In this document: one piece after another, positions 36,593 to 49,885 of the stretch | Layout: every line of letters begins with the position of its first letter | Position numbering within the stretch: position 1 is the first letter of the stretch | From: Macrostomum lignano | Lineage: Eukaryota | Assembly (NCBI GenBank): GCA_002269645.1 | Contig: NIVC01001037.1 | Span: forward strand, 311,632-375,631 | Direction: 5' to 3' | DNA: 64,000 bases | Notes under the pieces: model-generated | Seen by the model: the letters and a program-made list of their open reading frames with translations, nothing else | Database searches by the model: none | Told to the model about the DNA's origin: nothing | Program-made: the position numbers and the translations under genes

Positions 36593-38507
36593 GCTTGGCG
36601 TTTCAGTGTTTGTAGTTTGCCGAGTCCTACAACTTGCTATTTACCTGGCTGTGAGTATTCTATTAACCTCTGGTCAAGCCGGGGGAGATATACCCGAAAA
36701 TGAGGCGCTCAGGAAATTTTTTAGCAGAAAACAAAAGAAATTCAAATTGCCGGAGTGGCACCTGTAGGCACGGAATTAAGGGGAAGGGGAAGCAGCATTT
36801 GCGTGGGATTAAGCCGCGGCTTTCTACTCCAACCCGTTGCCAGGCGAGGACGCGAGAGACAAACTGCAGCGACACCAACCCCAACCCCCTCTCAACCGGT
36901 GAGGAGGAACAGGTGAAAAGGAAGGGATGAAGAAATTGAGGAAACCTTCTAGACCGCGTTGCCTACAGAGTCATGTGAGGTGCAGACACAAGTGGATGCT
37001 TAGGCAGGCTCACTCTGCCGTGCCCTTATACTCGCAGCGTCGGAGGGGGACGGGCGGGACACAGCAGCGCTCTTGGAGACTATTGTCTTTACAGTCAGAA
37101 ACGCATGCAATGCAACCACTGAACGCCCTGACTGTGAGATGTCACAAGGCGCCAGCAAAACTTCAATACAGAGGGAGATCAATAAATACCACCCGTGCCC
37201 CCTCCCTCTGGCCTACTCTGGTATGCTATTCACGAGTCAGCTGCATCCCTACCCCCTCTAAAAACCAGCTTCCTTTGCCGCATCATCTCCATCTCCTGCT
37301 CCAGCCTCTCCTTTAATATAGCTAAACTTTTGAATTCATCACGGGTCTTCTGCATGACGACTATTGTGCCAACCGGCGTCGGGAGCTGAGCGTGGAAAAT
37401 TCCAGGAAAGTCTCAAAAAATTCCGTACCTGTAGACAGTGGCTGGGCTTGAGTTTCTGCTAAAGCTTTTTCTTTGTATGAAACGCTGAGACTTGTTAAAC
37501 AATCGAATCAGGCAGCGTTGTTGTGAGTCCACACAGCTCTGAGTAAGCTGCCATACCTCAAAACTTTCAAGTTGTGAAGGCTAACATTGTTATAGTTCTT
37601 CTCATATATGCATGTGGGCAAAGGTCTTGCTGATTTCTTTCATTTAGACCTTTCGTTGTAAAAGCCTTTTGTGCATCGATTTTAGCAGTCAAAATCGATT
37701 TTAAGTACCGCTAAGTTACCGCTGTATTTCAATTTTAACTACTCATACCTGTCAGCTCTTGTCCAGCATATTTTACTTAGCATCCTGTGTCACCTTTGAA
37801 TAATGCTTAAATCAACTGGGGACCCATCTAGGCGAGGTCGAAGTAGTCAAAGACCCCTGTAAAATATTAAAAAATACTTTATACGGCACCGAAGGAGCAC
37901 TAAAATCTCCCATGTGCACCTAAAATCGTTCCGACACCTCTGCTTTTTGTACTTAAACTCATTAAAGACTTTCGTTCAATTTTCTTAAATTGTTAAAGAA
38001 CTCTACACAACTGCAGCGCTTGAATGCGAACTGAATTTCAGTCAGTTGTCGCAAGTTGCACCATGGAATGCGGCAACCCTGTATGCTAGGTCATCTTTAT
38101 TCTTAATCTTCATTACCTGTATGCGATGGTTTTTTCGCACGCGAAGAAAACATTTCTCACACTCAATTAGCCAAAACACAATAAACTGGCGTCAATCAAG
38201 ACTAGTTTAACATTAAATAACCTTTCGGTTCAAACTCTAAATGGAAAGCTTGCAGATTTGTGTAGCAGAAATTGAGTGGCAGGTGATGATTGATGGCTAG
38301 CAGCAACTATGCGTCACAATGCGTCCAAAGGGGTTCTGCATTTGTGTCCAGACATTTTCAGGGCCGCGCGATGACTGGCTGAAGCCGGGCCTCCCGCGTG
38401 CTGCAGGGGTCACTAGTCATACAGGCTACTTAAGTAGCTTTCTGTTCTGGTAGAATTTTTTAAATTTTTCCTTAGAAAACCAATCTGAGTCCAGCTCTCA
38501 GCGAAAC

Positions 38508-39543
38508 ATGACGTCCAGCAGCAGCAGCAGCACAGAGCTCAAGCGCCTCCTAGGCATCGACGGTAGCGTTGAGATGACTGAAGACGACCTGACGCAGTGC
38601 ATGGGAGTGTTCAAGCGATTCTCCTCGAACGACAGAATTCCAGTCTCAAAGCTCAAAGAGGCCTTCGATGCTCTGCAACTCTACGTGAACGAGGTTTATT
38701 TTGAGGTAGTATTAATATTTTTAAATATGTTCTGGGGTGCTTGCTATCTGGGGGATGCTTGCTATCTGGGGGATGCTTGCTATCTGGGGGATGCTTGCTG
38801 TCTGGGGGATGCTTGCTGTCTGGGGGATGCTTGCTGTCTGGGGGATGCTTGCTATCTGGGGGATGCTTGCTATCTGGAGGATGCTTGCTATCTGGGGGAT
38901 GCTTGCTATCTGGGGGATGTTTGCTTTCTGGGGGATGCTTGCTATCGGAGGATGCTTGATATTGGGGAGGCAAGAGGCTTTTTTAGAGGGAATGTCTGCT
39001 GTCTTTGTGAAGGCTTTATTTCGCTATCTTTTTGTTACTTGTAGAGAACAGAGATTCTATCCAGATGTCCCCCATCGGGGGGCGAAGATTGCTAGTAGAC
39101 ATCTAAAACTATAGTTTAAAGCTTTTTATACCCTAGAAATCCCTTTTTATATACACTTACATTCATTACAATATGATTAGATATCATCATTGCAGATGCA
39201 TATCGATTGTTTGATATTTCAGGAAATAGTCGACGCCCACCTTAAACGCGACGTGCAGTCTATGGAATTCTACGACTTCGCCAGCCTGGTGTGCTCAAAG
39301 AAGGCTAAAAAGCGCCGGAGCACTCACGCTGTGCTGTTCTCAATATTTGGCTTCCTGGACAAAGACCAGGACGGATTCATCGGCGCCCAGGAGCTCAAGG
39401 AGACCATGGACATGCTGGGAGAGATAGGCACAGACGAAAAGGTGAACAAGATGATCGGACAACTGGATAGAGGCGGTACTGGCAAGGTCAGCTATGAGGA
39501 CTTTGTCATCATGCTCAGAAGGAGCATCGAGGAGCCGCTCTGA
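38508..39543 (+). CDS. Calmodulin-like EF-hand protein 1 (degenerate N-lobe); exons 38508-38693 and 39223-39543 (alternative in-frame acceptor 39196)
   Basis: EF loops DKDQDGFIGAQE and DRGGTGKVSYED; phase-0 GT-AG intron. Confidence 0.8.
38731..39110 (+). mobile_element. Dispersed element carrying an 18-bp minisatellite (TGCTTGCTATCTGGGGGA) plus a conserved unique tail, copy 1
   Basis: Similar to 46120-46440 in both the repeat and the tail TTTTGTTACTTGTAGAGAACAGAG...GCGAAGATTGCTAGTA. Confidence 0.7.
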
Positions 39544-41215
39544 CCTCATAGGGAATCCAGGTCTATAGCCTATCCTCGAAGTTCGAAACTGGCGAAAAAA
39601 CTCAAGTTACTTACTAAATGTGTGCGAATACTAAACTTGACAAAATAATAATTTTTTCCACTAATAAATATACTATGAGCAAAACAGACGTTTGAGCAAC
39701 TTGGTGTCATCCAAGTGAGAATGTGCCTCCGCGTTACCTTGATAAAATTATTTTTGATTTTTCTGGTAAAATACATGGCATCGTTGAGAACATTGAACCC
39801 TAACCCATAAGCATCAGAAATCAGAAATATTGTCGCCACAAATACCTCATCCCTTTGTATTTGGAACAGTAAAAATAGGAAAAACTGTCTTAAGATATGT
39901 ATAGCCTTTTTATGCAACTGAAAAATATTCTAAGAATAGAAACAAATTTTGTCCTAAGCAGAAAAACAATTACAGTCATTGTCATTCAGAATATCACGTC
40001 CATAGCTTTTTCATATTCAGTGGAAGTCCTGTACATCTACTTTGCGCTCCTCAAGCCCTGTGCTTAGACAATCTCTTGCATCCATCTACGAGTACTTGGA
40101 AGTTCGAATGGTTTTGTGCCCGCTGGCATTAGGCCTTCTCCTTCGGATAGCCTTAGCCGTGCTGTAAGGCAGAGCGATTCGGCTGGTGGGGGGGCAATTT
40201 TCATTTGTTACTCACTTGAATTGGTTACGGCCATGCAGAGCAGAGTTAAAGATTGCCGAGACAAACTCGTTCCATTGTGTTCTTTGCAGCTCGCTACCAC
40301 TCCAGCTCCTCGCACTGTCGAGTGCACACTCGGTCTGTGCGCACTGGGCAGCACATTCAGATAGAGATGAGAAAAGCAGAAAATATGTCCAGTCAAAATT
40401 GAGGTTGAGAAAGACTGTTCGACTCAAATAAAAACTTTTAGTTTGCCTGTTCCAGCAACCAGGATTCGCTTTCGATATCAAGTAAGGAGAGCGTCTCGAA
40501 TACTGACGCAAAGCACAAATAAGTCGTGGAGTTGACGAAATTTTTCGTTCAGAAAGCGATTGACCTTTATTAATTACAGGTGAGATTTTCATGCACGGTA
40601 GAGGTATAGTATAGTGACTTGTTGGCCTAGAGTAATTCGGTTCTATTAAAAAGCACCGAAATTACATTCCAATCCGGATCGATCATGGAGGGTACAAGTA
40701 AATAACAATGAAGCGGAACTACACGCCTTATCGTAAGACTTCCATTAAAACATTAAAGCATAAGCCTTGCATGACTAGATTGTACATAAGCTTGGATATG
40801 GGATTATAAATACGAGTTTCGCCTCACTGAAATCACCACGTTTGGATCCGATGTTTTAGTTTTAAAACTCCTCGATTTCTAAAGGACAGCCGGATAAAAC
40901 CCTTTACGTACGCTAATTCATCCAGGAAATCTTATTGGCACCATCAAGAGACCCAGGAACTTCATCCAGACACCCGCGCTAAGCAACCGTAGGAGATACA
41001 TATAAGTAGACGAATAAACAACGGCATGCCCTATGCATACGTCGTATTTCTCTTTATTTCCTATTGATGTGAGTTGTACCTTAAGGATATGGGGTAAATA
41101 ACTAAGGTAAATGAGGTAAATATAAGCCAAGGGAAATCGTACTCATACCAGCTGGTCAATTTGAATCTCATGATCTACTTTAGACGATAGCGACTCCGCC
41201 TTCGGTTAGCAATTA

Positions 41216-44200
41216 ATGAGCTCGAAATCAGCTGGTTCAAATGGCGGCCAGAGCAACAGCGGCAGTGAGGACAGCGAGATCGACGACCTACCGGAGGTGC
41301 CGCCGATCCGTTCTACTCGACTCCGGCGCCTGAGCCGGCGGCCCAGCAGTCCTACGGCCCTGCGCGGTCGCTACAAGCCGCTGTCCAGATCGGCCAGCCT
41401 GACTGTGGCCGACTTCACTAGCCAATGGTGCGAAGTGTTTCGAATGTTCGACTCCAATCTGGACGGCGTTCTATCGGCCGACGAGCTCGGCGGAAAGATG
41501 CGCAATCTGGGGTACAATGTGACGCAGACCGAGGTTGAGGTAATTAATTATGTTAGTTGAGTTATTGGCTGTGTGTTCACAGGTGAGGACATTGCTCAGT
41601 TTTTAACACCGCAGCTGAAGAGTAAACCCGCCAGTAAATGGTCCTGGCCTTTTGCGAGTTTGAATTTACCTTTTGGACACAGATTTGGAAGCTCATATAC
41701 TTCCAAAATATCTTTATCTCCAGGGGTTTCTCCAAAGGTTTATCTCCAAAGTTTGCTGTCTACATGTGCACTTCAAACGTTTCCAGTGGACTAATTGGTG
41801 TTTTTGGTAGAGACAAACGGTAAAAGAAACTTGCAATAAAGTGAAAAGTTCAAATGGTTTAGGCCTTTTGGTTCTAACGGTACGAGCGTATGTCCTAAAG
41901 AAATTATTGAAGGAGAAAAGTTTCTTCCTTCCTATATACTAAAAATGAGTTGTCTGTATGTATGTGGGTAGGTATGCGATAGATTTCAGAAAAAATGGCT
42001 CAATTGATTTTCTTCAAACTTGCACCATTCGATCAGAAATTTTCCTGGGACGGTACATGCATCTTGGCTAAGAAATTGCTCAATGATAAAGGGATTAAAT
42101 ATTCGAAAAACATGCTTTTTTGCAAAGGTCAAGCAGCTCTTTCGACCTGGAATGCATTGTAAGAATGCTAGAGAAAAAACTGACTGGCTGAATTCCGATT
42201 GTGATAAAGATTGCCTCACAACAAGTTGAAAACAGTGTCGAAGAAATGCACACACGACTTGATTAAAATTGCGTAACCATATTGCTAACTTAAATTGAGA
42301 CTGATACTGGCTGACTGAGAAATTGATTATGTCATAACTTTTTACTTCAATTGACTTGCTGTAAGAATTGAGTTATAAGGGCCACAATTCATGTTCTCCA
42401 ATTGAAAAGAGATAGCCAAGATGCGAACAGACTGGAATGCTAACGTAGCGACCTGGGTTCGAATCTTAGTAGGGCAAAAAAGATTTTTTTTATTAAAACA
42501 CCTTAAAAACACAAAACTTCTAAACATAAAAGAAGCGCAATGTCAAACATAGAAGAGCCACCATGTCGAACATAAAAGAGCTAACATATCGAATATTAAA
42601 GAGCCACCATGTCAAACCTAAACGAGCCACCATGTCTAATATTTAAGAGGCACCATATAAAACATATAAGTGACTTTATGTCAAACATAAAAGAGCCACC
42701 ATTTCGAACATTAAACAGCCACCATTTCGAGATTAAAGAGCCACCATTTCGAAAATAAAAGAGCCACTATTTCGAACATTAAAGAGCCACCATTTCGAAC
42801 ATTAATTAAAGAGCCACCATGTCGACCATAAAAGAGCCACTATTTCGAACATCAAAGAGCCACTATGTCAAACATTTAGGAGCCACTTTTTCGAACATTA
42901 AAGAGCCACCATATCGAACATAAAAGAGCCACTATTTTAAACATTAAAGAGCCACCATTTCGAACATAAAAGAGCCACCATGTCTATCATTAAAGAGCCA
43001 CCATGTCAAACATTCAAAAGCCACATTGTCAAACATTAAAGAGCCACTATGTCAAACATTTAGGAGCCACTTTGTCGAACATTAAAGAGCCACCATGTCA
43101 AACATAAAAGAGCCAACATGTCAGACTTTAAAAAAGCCACCGTATCAAATATAAAAGAGTTACCATGTAGAACAAAAAAGAGCCACCATATTGAACAAAA
43201 ACGAGCCACCATGTCAAACATAAAAGAGCCAACATATCGAATATTAAAGAGCCACTATTTCGAACAAAAGCGAGCCACCATGTCAAACATAAAAGAGCCA
43301 ACATATCGAATATTAAAGAGCCACCATGTCGAACATTAAAGAGCTACCACGTCAAACCTAAACGAGCCACCATGTCTAATATTTAAGAGGCACCATGTAA
43401 AACATCTAAGTGACTTTATGTCAAACATAAAAGAGCCACCATTTCGAACATTAAACAGCCACCATATCGAACATTAAAGAGCCACCATGTCGAAAATAAA
43501 AGAGCCACTATTTCGAACATCAAAGAGCCACTATGTTAAACATTTAGGAGCCACTTTTTCGAACATTAAAGAGCCACCATGTCAAACATAAAAGAGCCAA
43601 CATGTCAAACATAAAAGAGCCAACATGTCAAACATAAAGAGCCACCATGTCAAACATTTAAGAGCCACCATGTCAAACATATATGTGACTTTGTGTTAAA
43701 CATTAAAGAGCTACCATTTCGAACATTAAAGAGCCACCATGTCAAACATGAAAGAGCTATAACATGAAGAATATTAAAGAGCCACCATGTCGAACATAAA
43801 AGAGCTGCCATGTAAAATAACAAAGAGCTACCAAGTTAAACATAAAAGAGCCACCATGTAAAACATTAAAGAGCCACCATGTGAAACATTAAAGAGCCAC
43901 CATGTTAAACATTAAAGAGCCACCATGTTAAACATTTAAGAGCCTTCGTGTCAAACCTAGAAGAGCCACCATGTCGAACATAACAGAGCTACCATGTCAA
44001 ACATTAAAGAGCCACCATATCAAACATTCAAAAGCCACATTGTCAAACATTGAAGAGCCACTATGTCAAACATTTAGGAGCCACTTTGTCGAACATTAAA
44101 GAGCCACCATGTCAAACATAAAAGAGCCAACATGTCAGACATTAAAAAAGCCACCGTATCAAATAAAAAAGAGTTAACATGTAGAACAAAAAAGAGCCAC

Positions 44201-47200
44201 CATTTCGAACATAAAAGAGCCAACATGTCAAACATAAAGAGCCACCATGTCAAACATATATGTGACTTTATGTCAAACATTAAAGAGCCACCATTTCGGA
44301 CATAACAGAGCTACCATGTCAAACATTAAAGAGCCACCATGTCGAACATAAAAGAGCAACCATGTAAAACATTAAAGAGCCACCATGTCAAACATTAAAG
44401 AGCCACCATGTCGAACATTAAAGAGCCACCATGTCGAATATTAAAGAGCCACCATGCCGAACATTAAAGAGCCACCATGTCGAACATTAAAAGTCACCAT
44501 GCTAAACATTAAAGAGCCACCATATCAATCATAAAAGAGCCACCATGTCAAACCTAAAAGAGCCACCATGTCGAAAATAAAAGAACCACTATTTCGAACA
44601 CTAAAGAGCCACTATTTCGAAAATTAAAGATCCACCATGTCAAACATAAAAGAGCCAACATGTCAAACATAAAAGAGCCAACATTTCAAACATAAAGAGC
44701 CACCATGTCAAACATTTAAGAGCCACCATGTCAAACATATATGTGACTTTGTGTCAAACATTAAAGAGCCACCATTTCGAACATTAAAGAGCCACCATTT
44801 CGAACATTAAAGAGCCACCATTTCGAACATTAAAGAGCCACCATGTCAAACATGAAAGAGCTATAACATGAAGACTATTAAAGAGCCACCATGTCGAACA
44901 TTAAAGAGCCACCATGTCGAACATTTAAGAGCCACCATGTTAAACCTAAAAGAGCCACCATGTTAAACCTAAAAGAGCCACCATGTTAAACCTAAAAGAG
45001 CCATCATGTCAAACCTAAAAGAGCCACCATGTCGAACACTTAAGAGCCACAATGTAAAATATTAAAGAGCCACCATTTTGAACATATAAGTGACTTTATG
45101 TCAAACATTAAAGAGCCACCATGTCAAACATTAAAGAGCCACCATGTAAAACAAAAGAGCCACCATTTCGAACATTAAAGAGCCACCATGTCAAACATTT
45201 AAGAGCCACCATGTTAAACATAAAAGAGCCACCATGTAGAATATTAAAGAGCCACTATGTTGAACATTAAACAGCCATCATGTCAAACCTAAAAGATCCA
45301 CAATTTCGAACACTTAAGAGCCACAATGTAGAATATTAAAGAGCTACCATGTCAAACATTTAAGAGCCACCATGTCAAACATTTAAGAGCCACCATGTAA
45401 AACATTAAAGAGCCACCATTTGAAACATTAAAGAGTCACCATGTCAAACATTTAAGAGCCACCATGTCAAACATTTAAGAGCCACCATGTCAAACCTAAA
45501 AGAGCCACCATGTCAAACCTAAAAGAGCCACCATGTCGAACATAAAAGAGCTATACCATGAAAAACATTAAAGAGCCACTTTCTCGAACATTAAAGAGCC
45601 ACCATGTCAAACATTTAAGAGCCACCATGTCAAACCTAAAAGAGCCACCATGTCAAACCTAAAAGAGCCACCATGTCGAACATAAAAGAGCTATACCATG
45701 AAAAACATTAAAGAGCCACTTTCTCGAACATTAAGGAGCCACCATGTCAAACATTTAAAAGCCACCTTGTCAAACATTAAATAGCCACTTTGTCGAACAT
45801 TAAAGAGCCACTGTGTCAAACATAAAAGAGCCACTGTTTCAAACATAAAAGAGCCACCAGGTTAAACATTAAAGAGCCACCATGTCAAACAATAAAGAGG
45901 CACCATGTCAAACATAAAAGAGCCACCATGTAAAACATAAAAGAGCCACCATGTCTGACATTAAAAAGCCATCGTTTCAAACATAAAACAGTTGCCATGT
46001 AGAACTTAAAACAGCCACCATGTCAAACATAAAATTTACACAATTTCAAACATAAAAGTAAGCGAATTTTAAAGGAGCCACTATAATTCTAAGGAAATTG
46101 TCGCACTAGCTACTTATTGTCTGGTGGATGCTTGCTATTTGGGGATGCTATCTATGTAGGGGATGCTTGCTATCTGGCGGATGCTTGCTATCTGGGGGAT
46201 GCTTGCTATCTGGGGGATGCTTGCTATCTGGGGGTTGCTTGTAATCTGGAAGATGCTTGCTATCTGGGGGATGCTTGCTGTCTTGGGATGATTTCTTTTT
46301 GCATTGCACTTCCTTTGAGTATTTTGTCTGTTTTCTTTGTGAAGGCTTGTTTTGGCTATCTTTTTGTTACTTGTAGAGAACAGAGGTTCTATACAGATGT
46401 CCCCCAAGGGGGGGCGAAGATTGCTAGTAAAGATCTGAAATTAAGCGCATATAGTGCTAAAATAAGATTGCAGCCTGTGAAACAAGCGACAACGGCAACG
46501 TGTAACTTTTACGAGATCAAAAAGTTCTAAAAGTAACCTCACAACTGTCTGTCTGAGTGAGGCTGCTGTCGACGTCGCTCTGCAGCCAAGTTGCATGCGC
46601 ATAAAGATGTAGAAGCGAACACTGTCTTTTGATGGTTCAATCAGCTTCTGAAAAAACACATGGAAAATATATGGCTGTGAAATTTGACTGGAGCACATTT
46701 GGAAGCCAAAAATGCATATAAATTAGCAAACAGATGTAGCCGCATAAGTGTAAGTTTTTGGATTTTGCCGATTCTATGACTAAAAGCTATAACAAGAGGT
46801 TGCAGAACTTTTTGACCACCTCTCGTATAGTCTGCGAATAGACTAGCTCGTAGATGAACTGCCACAGCTGAAGCTCCCATGAACTACAGCAGTAGGAAGT
46901 GGGTGTTTTCTATGAACTTCTTGTTTTAATTTTTTTAGCTAATTAGCATCACTGCCTAATAGCGCATCTGTTGAGAGATCTGAGTTAACAGTACTACTAC
47001 AGTACTAGTACTGCACTTCTGACAGCCTCCTAAATAATTCAGCTGATGACTATATGGTAATTTATGATCTGATGAAGTCAAAACTGCACTAGACTGTCAG
47101 ATTTCATTAAACTGAATCTCTCTGTACTCCCAACGCACCTTTGATACCAGGACCTAATTCATGAGTGGGACAAGGATGATAAAGGCGCGCTGAGCCTCAC

Positions 47201-47630
47201 GGAGTTCACTCTGATGATGAACAGCTCAAGATTTCAAGCGGGTACGGAATCGGCAGCTACGCAGCCGAGTTTTCTCAGCGACGGTGCTCGGGACACAAAG
47301 GAGCTGCTCGAATTGAAGGCCGCCTTCGACCTGTTCGATCGAGATAAAAACGGCTTCCTTGACGCTGGCGAGGTAAAAATAGCGCTGGAGCTGTTGGGAG
47401 AGAATCCCACCGATTCGGAGGTGGACTTCATCATGACGGAGGCTGACTCAGATCGGGACGGCGCCGTGAGCTTCCGTGAATTCTGCGACATTGTCCTGGG
47501 TCGCAGCCTCAGTCCGCGGTCTCCCTTCTACTTTCATAGGAGGGGCGCAAATCTGGCGCGATGGAAAGAGGAAGAGGACCGGGTTCGACTTGAGTATCAA
47601 ACTGATCACCTGAGCGCCAGGACTGGGTAG
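41216..47630 (+). CDS. Calmodulin-like 4-EF-hand protein 2 with N- and C-terminal extensions; exons 41216-41539 and 47151-47630
   Basis: EF loops DSNLDGVLSADE, DKDDKGALSLTE, DRDKNGFLDAGE and DSDRDGAVSFRE. Phase-0 intron GAG|GTAATT ... TACCAG|GAC. Confidence 0.85.
42525..46050 (+). repeat. About 3.5-kb degenerate 21-23-bp satellite, consensus AAAGAGCCACCATGTCAAACATT
   Basis: Direct reading; lies in the intron of EF-hand gene 2. Confidence 0.97.
46120..46440 (+). mobile_element. Dispersed 18-bp-minisatellite element, copy 2
   Basis: Similar to 38731-39110. Confidence 0.7.
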
Positions 47631-49004
47631 GCTAGGACGATTGTTGGGCCAGCTAGGGTAGGAGGGTAGCAGGTGTTTTATTTTCAGAGTTAACTATAAT
47701 ATTCATTTCAAGTTTTTCCTCCATCGCGACCAACTGTAAATTGTAAATGGCAGTATATGTACTGAAAGAGTTATTAAATCATGCGCTTCGAATAAATTAC
47801 ATTGGGTAAAGTGCTCGTAATCTAACATGTATTTTTTATTGCTGCTAGCTCAAATTTTTGTACTGAACAGGCAGTTGTATGAATTCTAGATTTGATTGCA
47901 CTTTACTGTCTTTTGGAATATATATGTGGTTATTGCAGAGTATTTGAATACATGAAAATGCGTCTTAAAAGTATCACCTAAATTTATAGCCCTAATTTAA
48001 ACCATGCGTGTACTACTAGCGTACTTAAAATCTACGAAGCTCAGAAAGTTTTTTTAGATATTCTCAAATGTAGCTACTCTCCATAAGTCATATATAACAA
48101 ACACTTGGAACATACATACTTCCAAAAATATGCTATGCTTACATGCAACATTGTAGACTACTACATTGTATCATACGAGCTACTTGTAAATGCAGCTCAC
48201 CTATACATGTACGTAAAGTGCATACATGCAAACATCGAGCAAACTGTTTGGAATCTCCTTAGCTTCTTTCGATCATCTTTATTATATTTCTCAACGGGAC
48301 TCTCATAATTATTACTAGGCCGAACTACTTCCGAATAGGGCGCAGAAGAGAATTTTAGTAATCTAGTTTGCCTTTAAAGCCGATTGAGCTTGAAGTTTGG
48401 TAGCATGTTTGGTAGAAAGACAGCCATCGATTCAGCTGCAATATCTAATTATCTTCTGACTTTCTAAACAATCCGCTGCTTTTAGTTTCTTTTAAAGTTA
48501 TATCGCAAGCAGATATTAACAAAACTCGGGTAATTTATGAAGCCAGGATGGTTAAAAATGGAAGAACCTCTGTCGCAGAATGCTAAATACCTTTTTAAAT
48601 GTTTTACTCGTGGTATTTAAATGACATTTAAATAAATTTTAAACAACTATAAGCGTGCAGTCTTAACACTTTAAGCTAGCACGATCAGCATGTTTGTCAT
48701 GAATGCATTTCACATTCGATTGTACTTTGCTATGATTATATTATTTTTTCAATAATTTGTGTTTTATGTCACGACTTCGGTAAATTTTAATTTTAATTTA
48801 ATAAGTTTTAGATTATTTTGTCAGGTTTATATTTTTAAAATGACTATTGCTATTATTAATATAATTTTTGTGTCTTCGTTTTATTTCTTTTCATTACTTT
48901 TATCTGCAGTCTTTGTCATACAAAATGCAGATCTATAAAAGTTTTAAAAGAAAACTACCATTGTGGAATTTTTGGCTTCATTTTTGCAAAGCCTAGAAAT
49001 TTAT

Positions 49005-49180
49005 CAGTGGTAGATTTAGGGGGGGGGGGGCAAAGTGCACACACCCCCACTTAGAATTTTTATATTTTTATGGAATATACATTATTTTGTACATATACAT
49101 GTAAATGATAATATGATATACATATACATGTACCTTAGAAATCTGGACCCCCTGTTCATAATTTTATAGATCCACACCTG
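49005..49180. mobile_element. hAT-type MITE with 8-bp TSD
   Basis: CAG...CTG termini with degenerate TIRs (CAGTGGTAGAT / ATCCACACCTG); AAATTTAT at 48997-49004 and 49181-49188. Confidence 0.7.
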
Positions 49181-49662
49181 AAATTTATTGGCATAGCCAT
49201 AAGCTTTTATGACTAATGATTGACTAATGACTAATGATATTATGTCAGATTTGTTAGATTACTTATTTCTTTTTTAAACTCTTCCAAAATTATGTTATGT
49301 TTGCTACAATTGAAACATATTTTAATTAAATATTAGGCCTCGTTTTTTTAGACAATTTGATTATTAAGAGTGTTCTACATTGAATTAAAGTTTGATTTTT
49401 TTATTTTATAGATTATTTTTTTGTTAGGATACCTTTCTGATTCTGGTTCTTTTACCAATAAGAGTCCCATGGAAGTGTGGATCTGATTTTTGAACCATGG
49501 TATTCTTTAGAGGTATGGATCTTGGCTGGGGCTCTATAGGAAGTTTGTAAATTTTAGTTGACTCTGGTGTGCTTCTAGGGTCTAGATGTCTAGTTCTCTA
49601 GTGATCTTAGAATATGGGACTTATTGATGATGTGATTCATCAATTCAGCAATCATTGGTGTG

Positions 49663-49885
49663 TTTCTAGAGTATGGGACTTACTGGTGTGGTTCTGGAGT
49701 GTGGGACTTACTGGTGTGGTTCTGGAGTGTGGGACTTACTGGTGTGGTTCTGGAGTGTGGGACTCACTCGTGTGGTTCTGGAGTGTGGGACTCATTGGTT
49801 TGGTTCTTTATTATTGGACTTATTGATGTGGTTCTTTAGTGTGGGACTTATTAGTGTGGTTCTGGAGTGTGGGACTTACTGGTTT
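49663..49885 (+). repeat. 28-bp minisatellite GAGTGTGGGACTTACTGGTGTGGTTCTG
   Basis: Direct reading. Confidence 0.9.

Noticed and set aside
36930-37260. ALLETIVFTVRNACNATT as a Gypsy integrase C-terminal remnant
   Set aside because: Too short, with no flanking integrase motifs.
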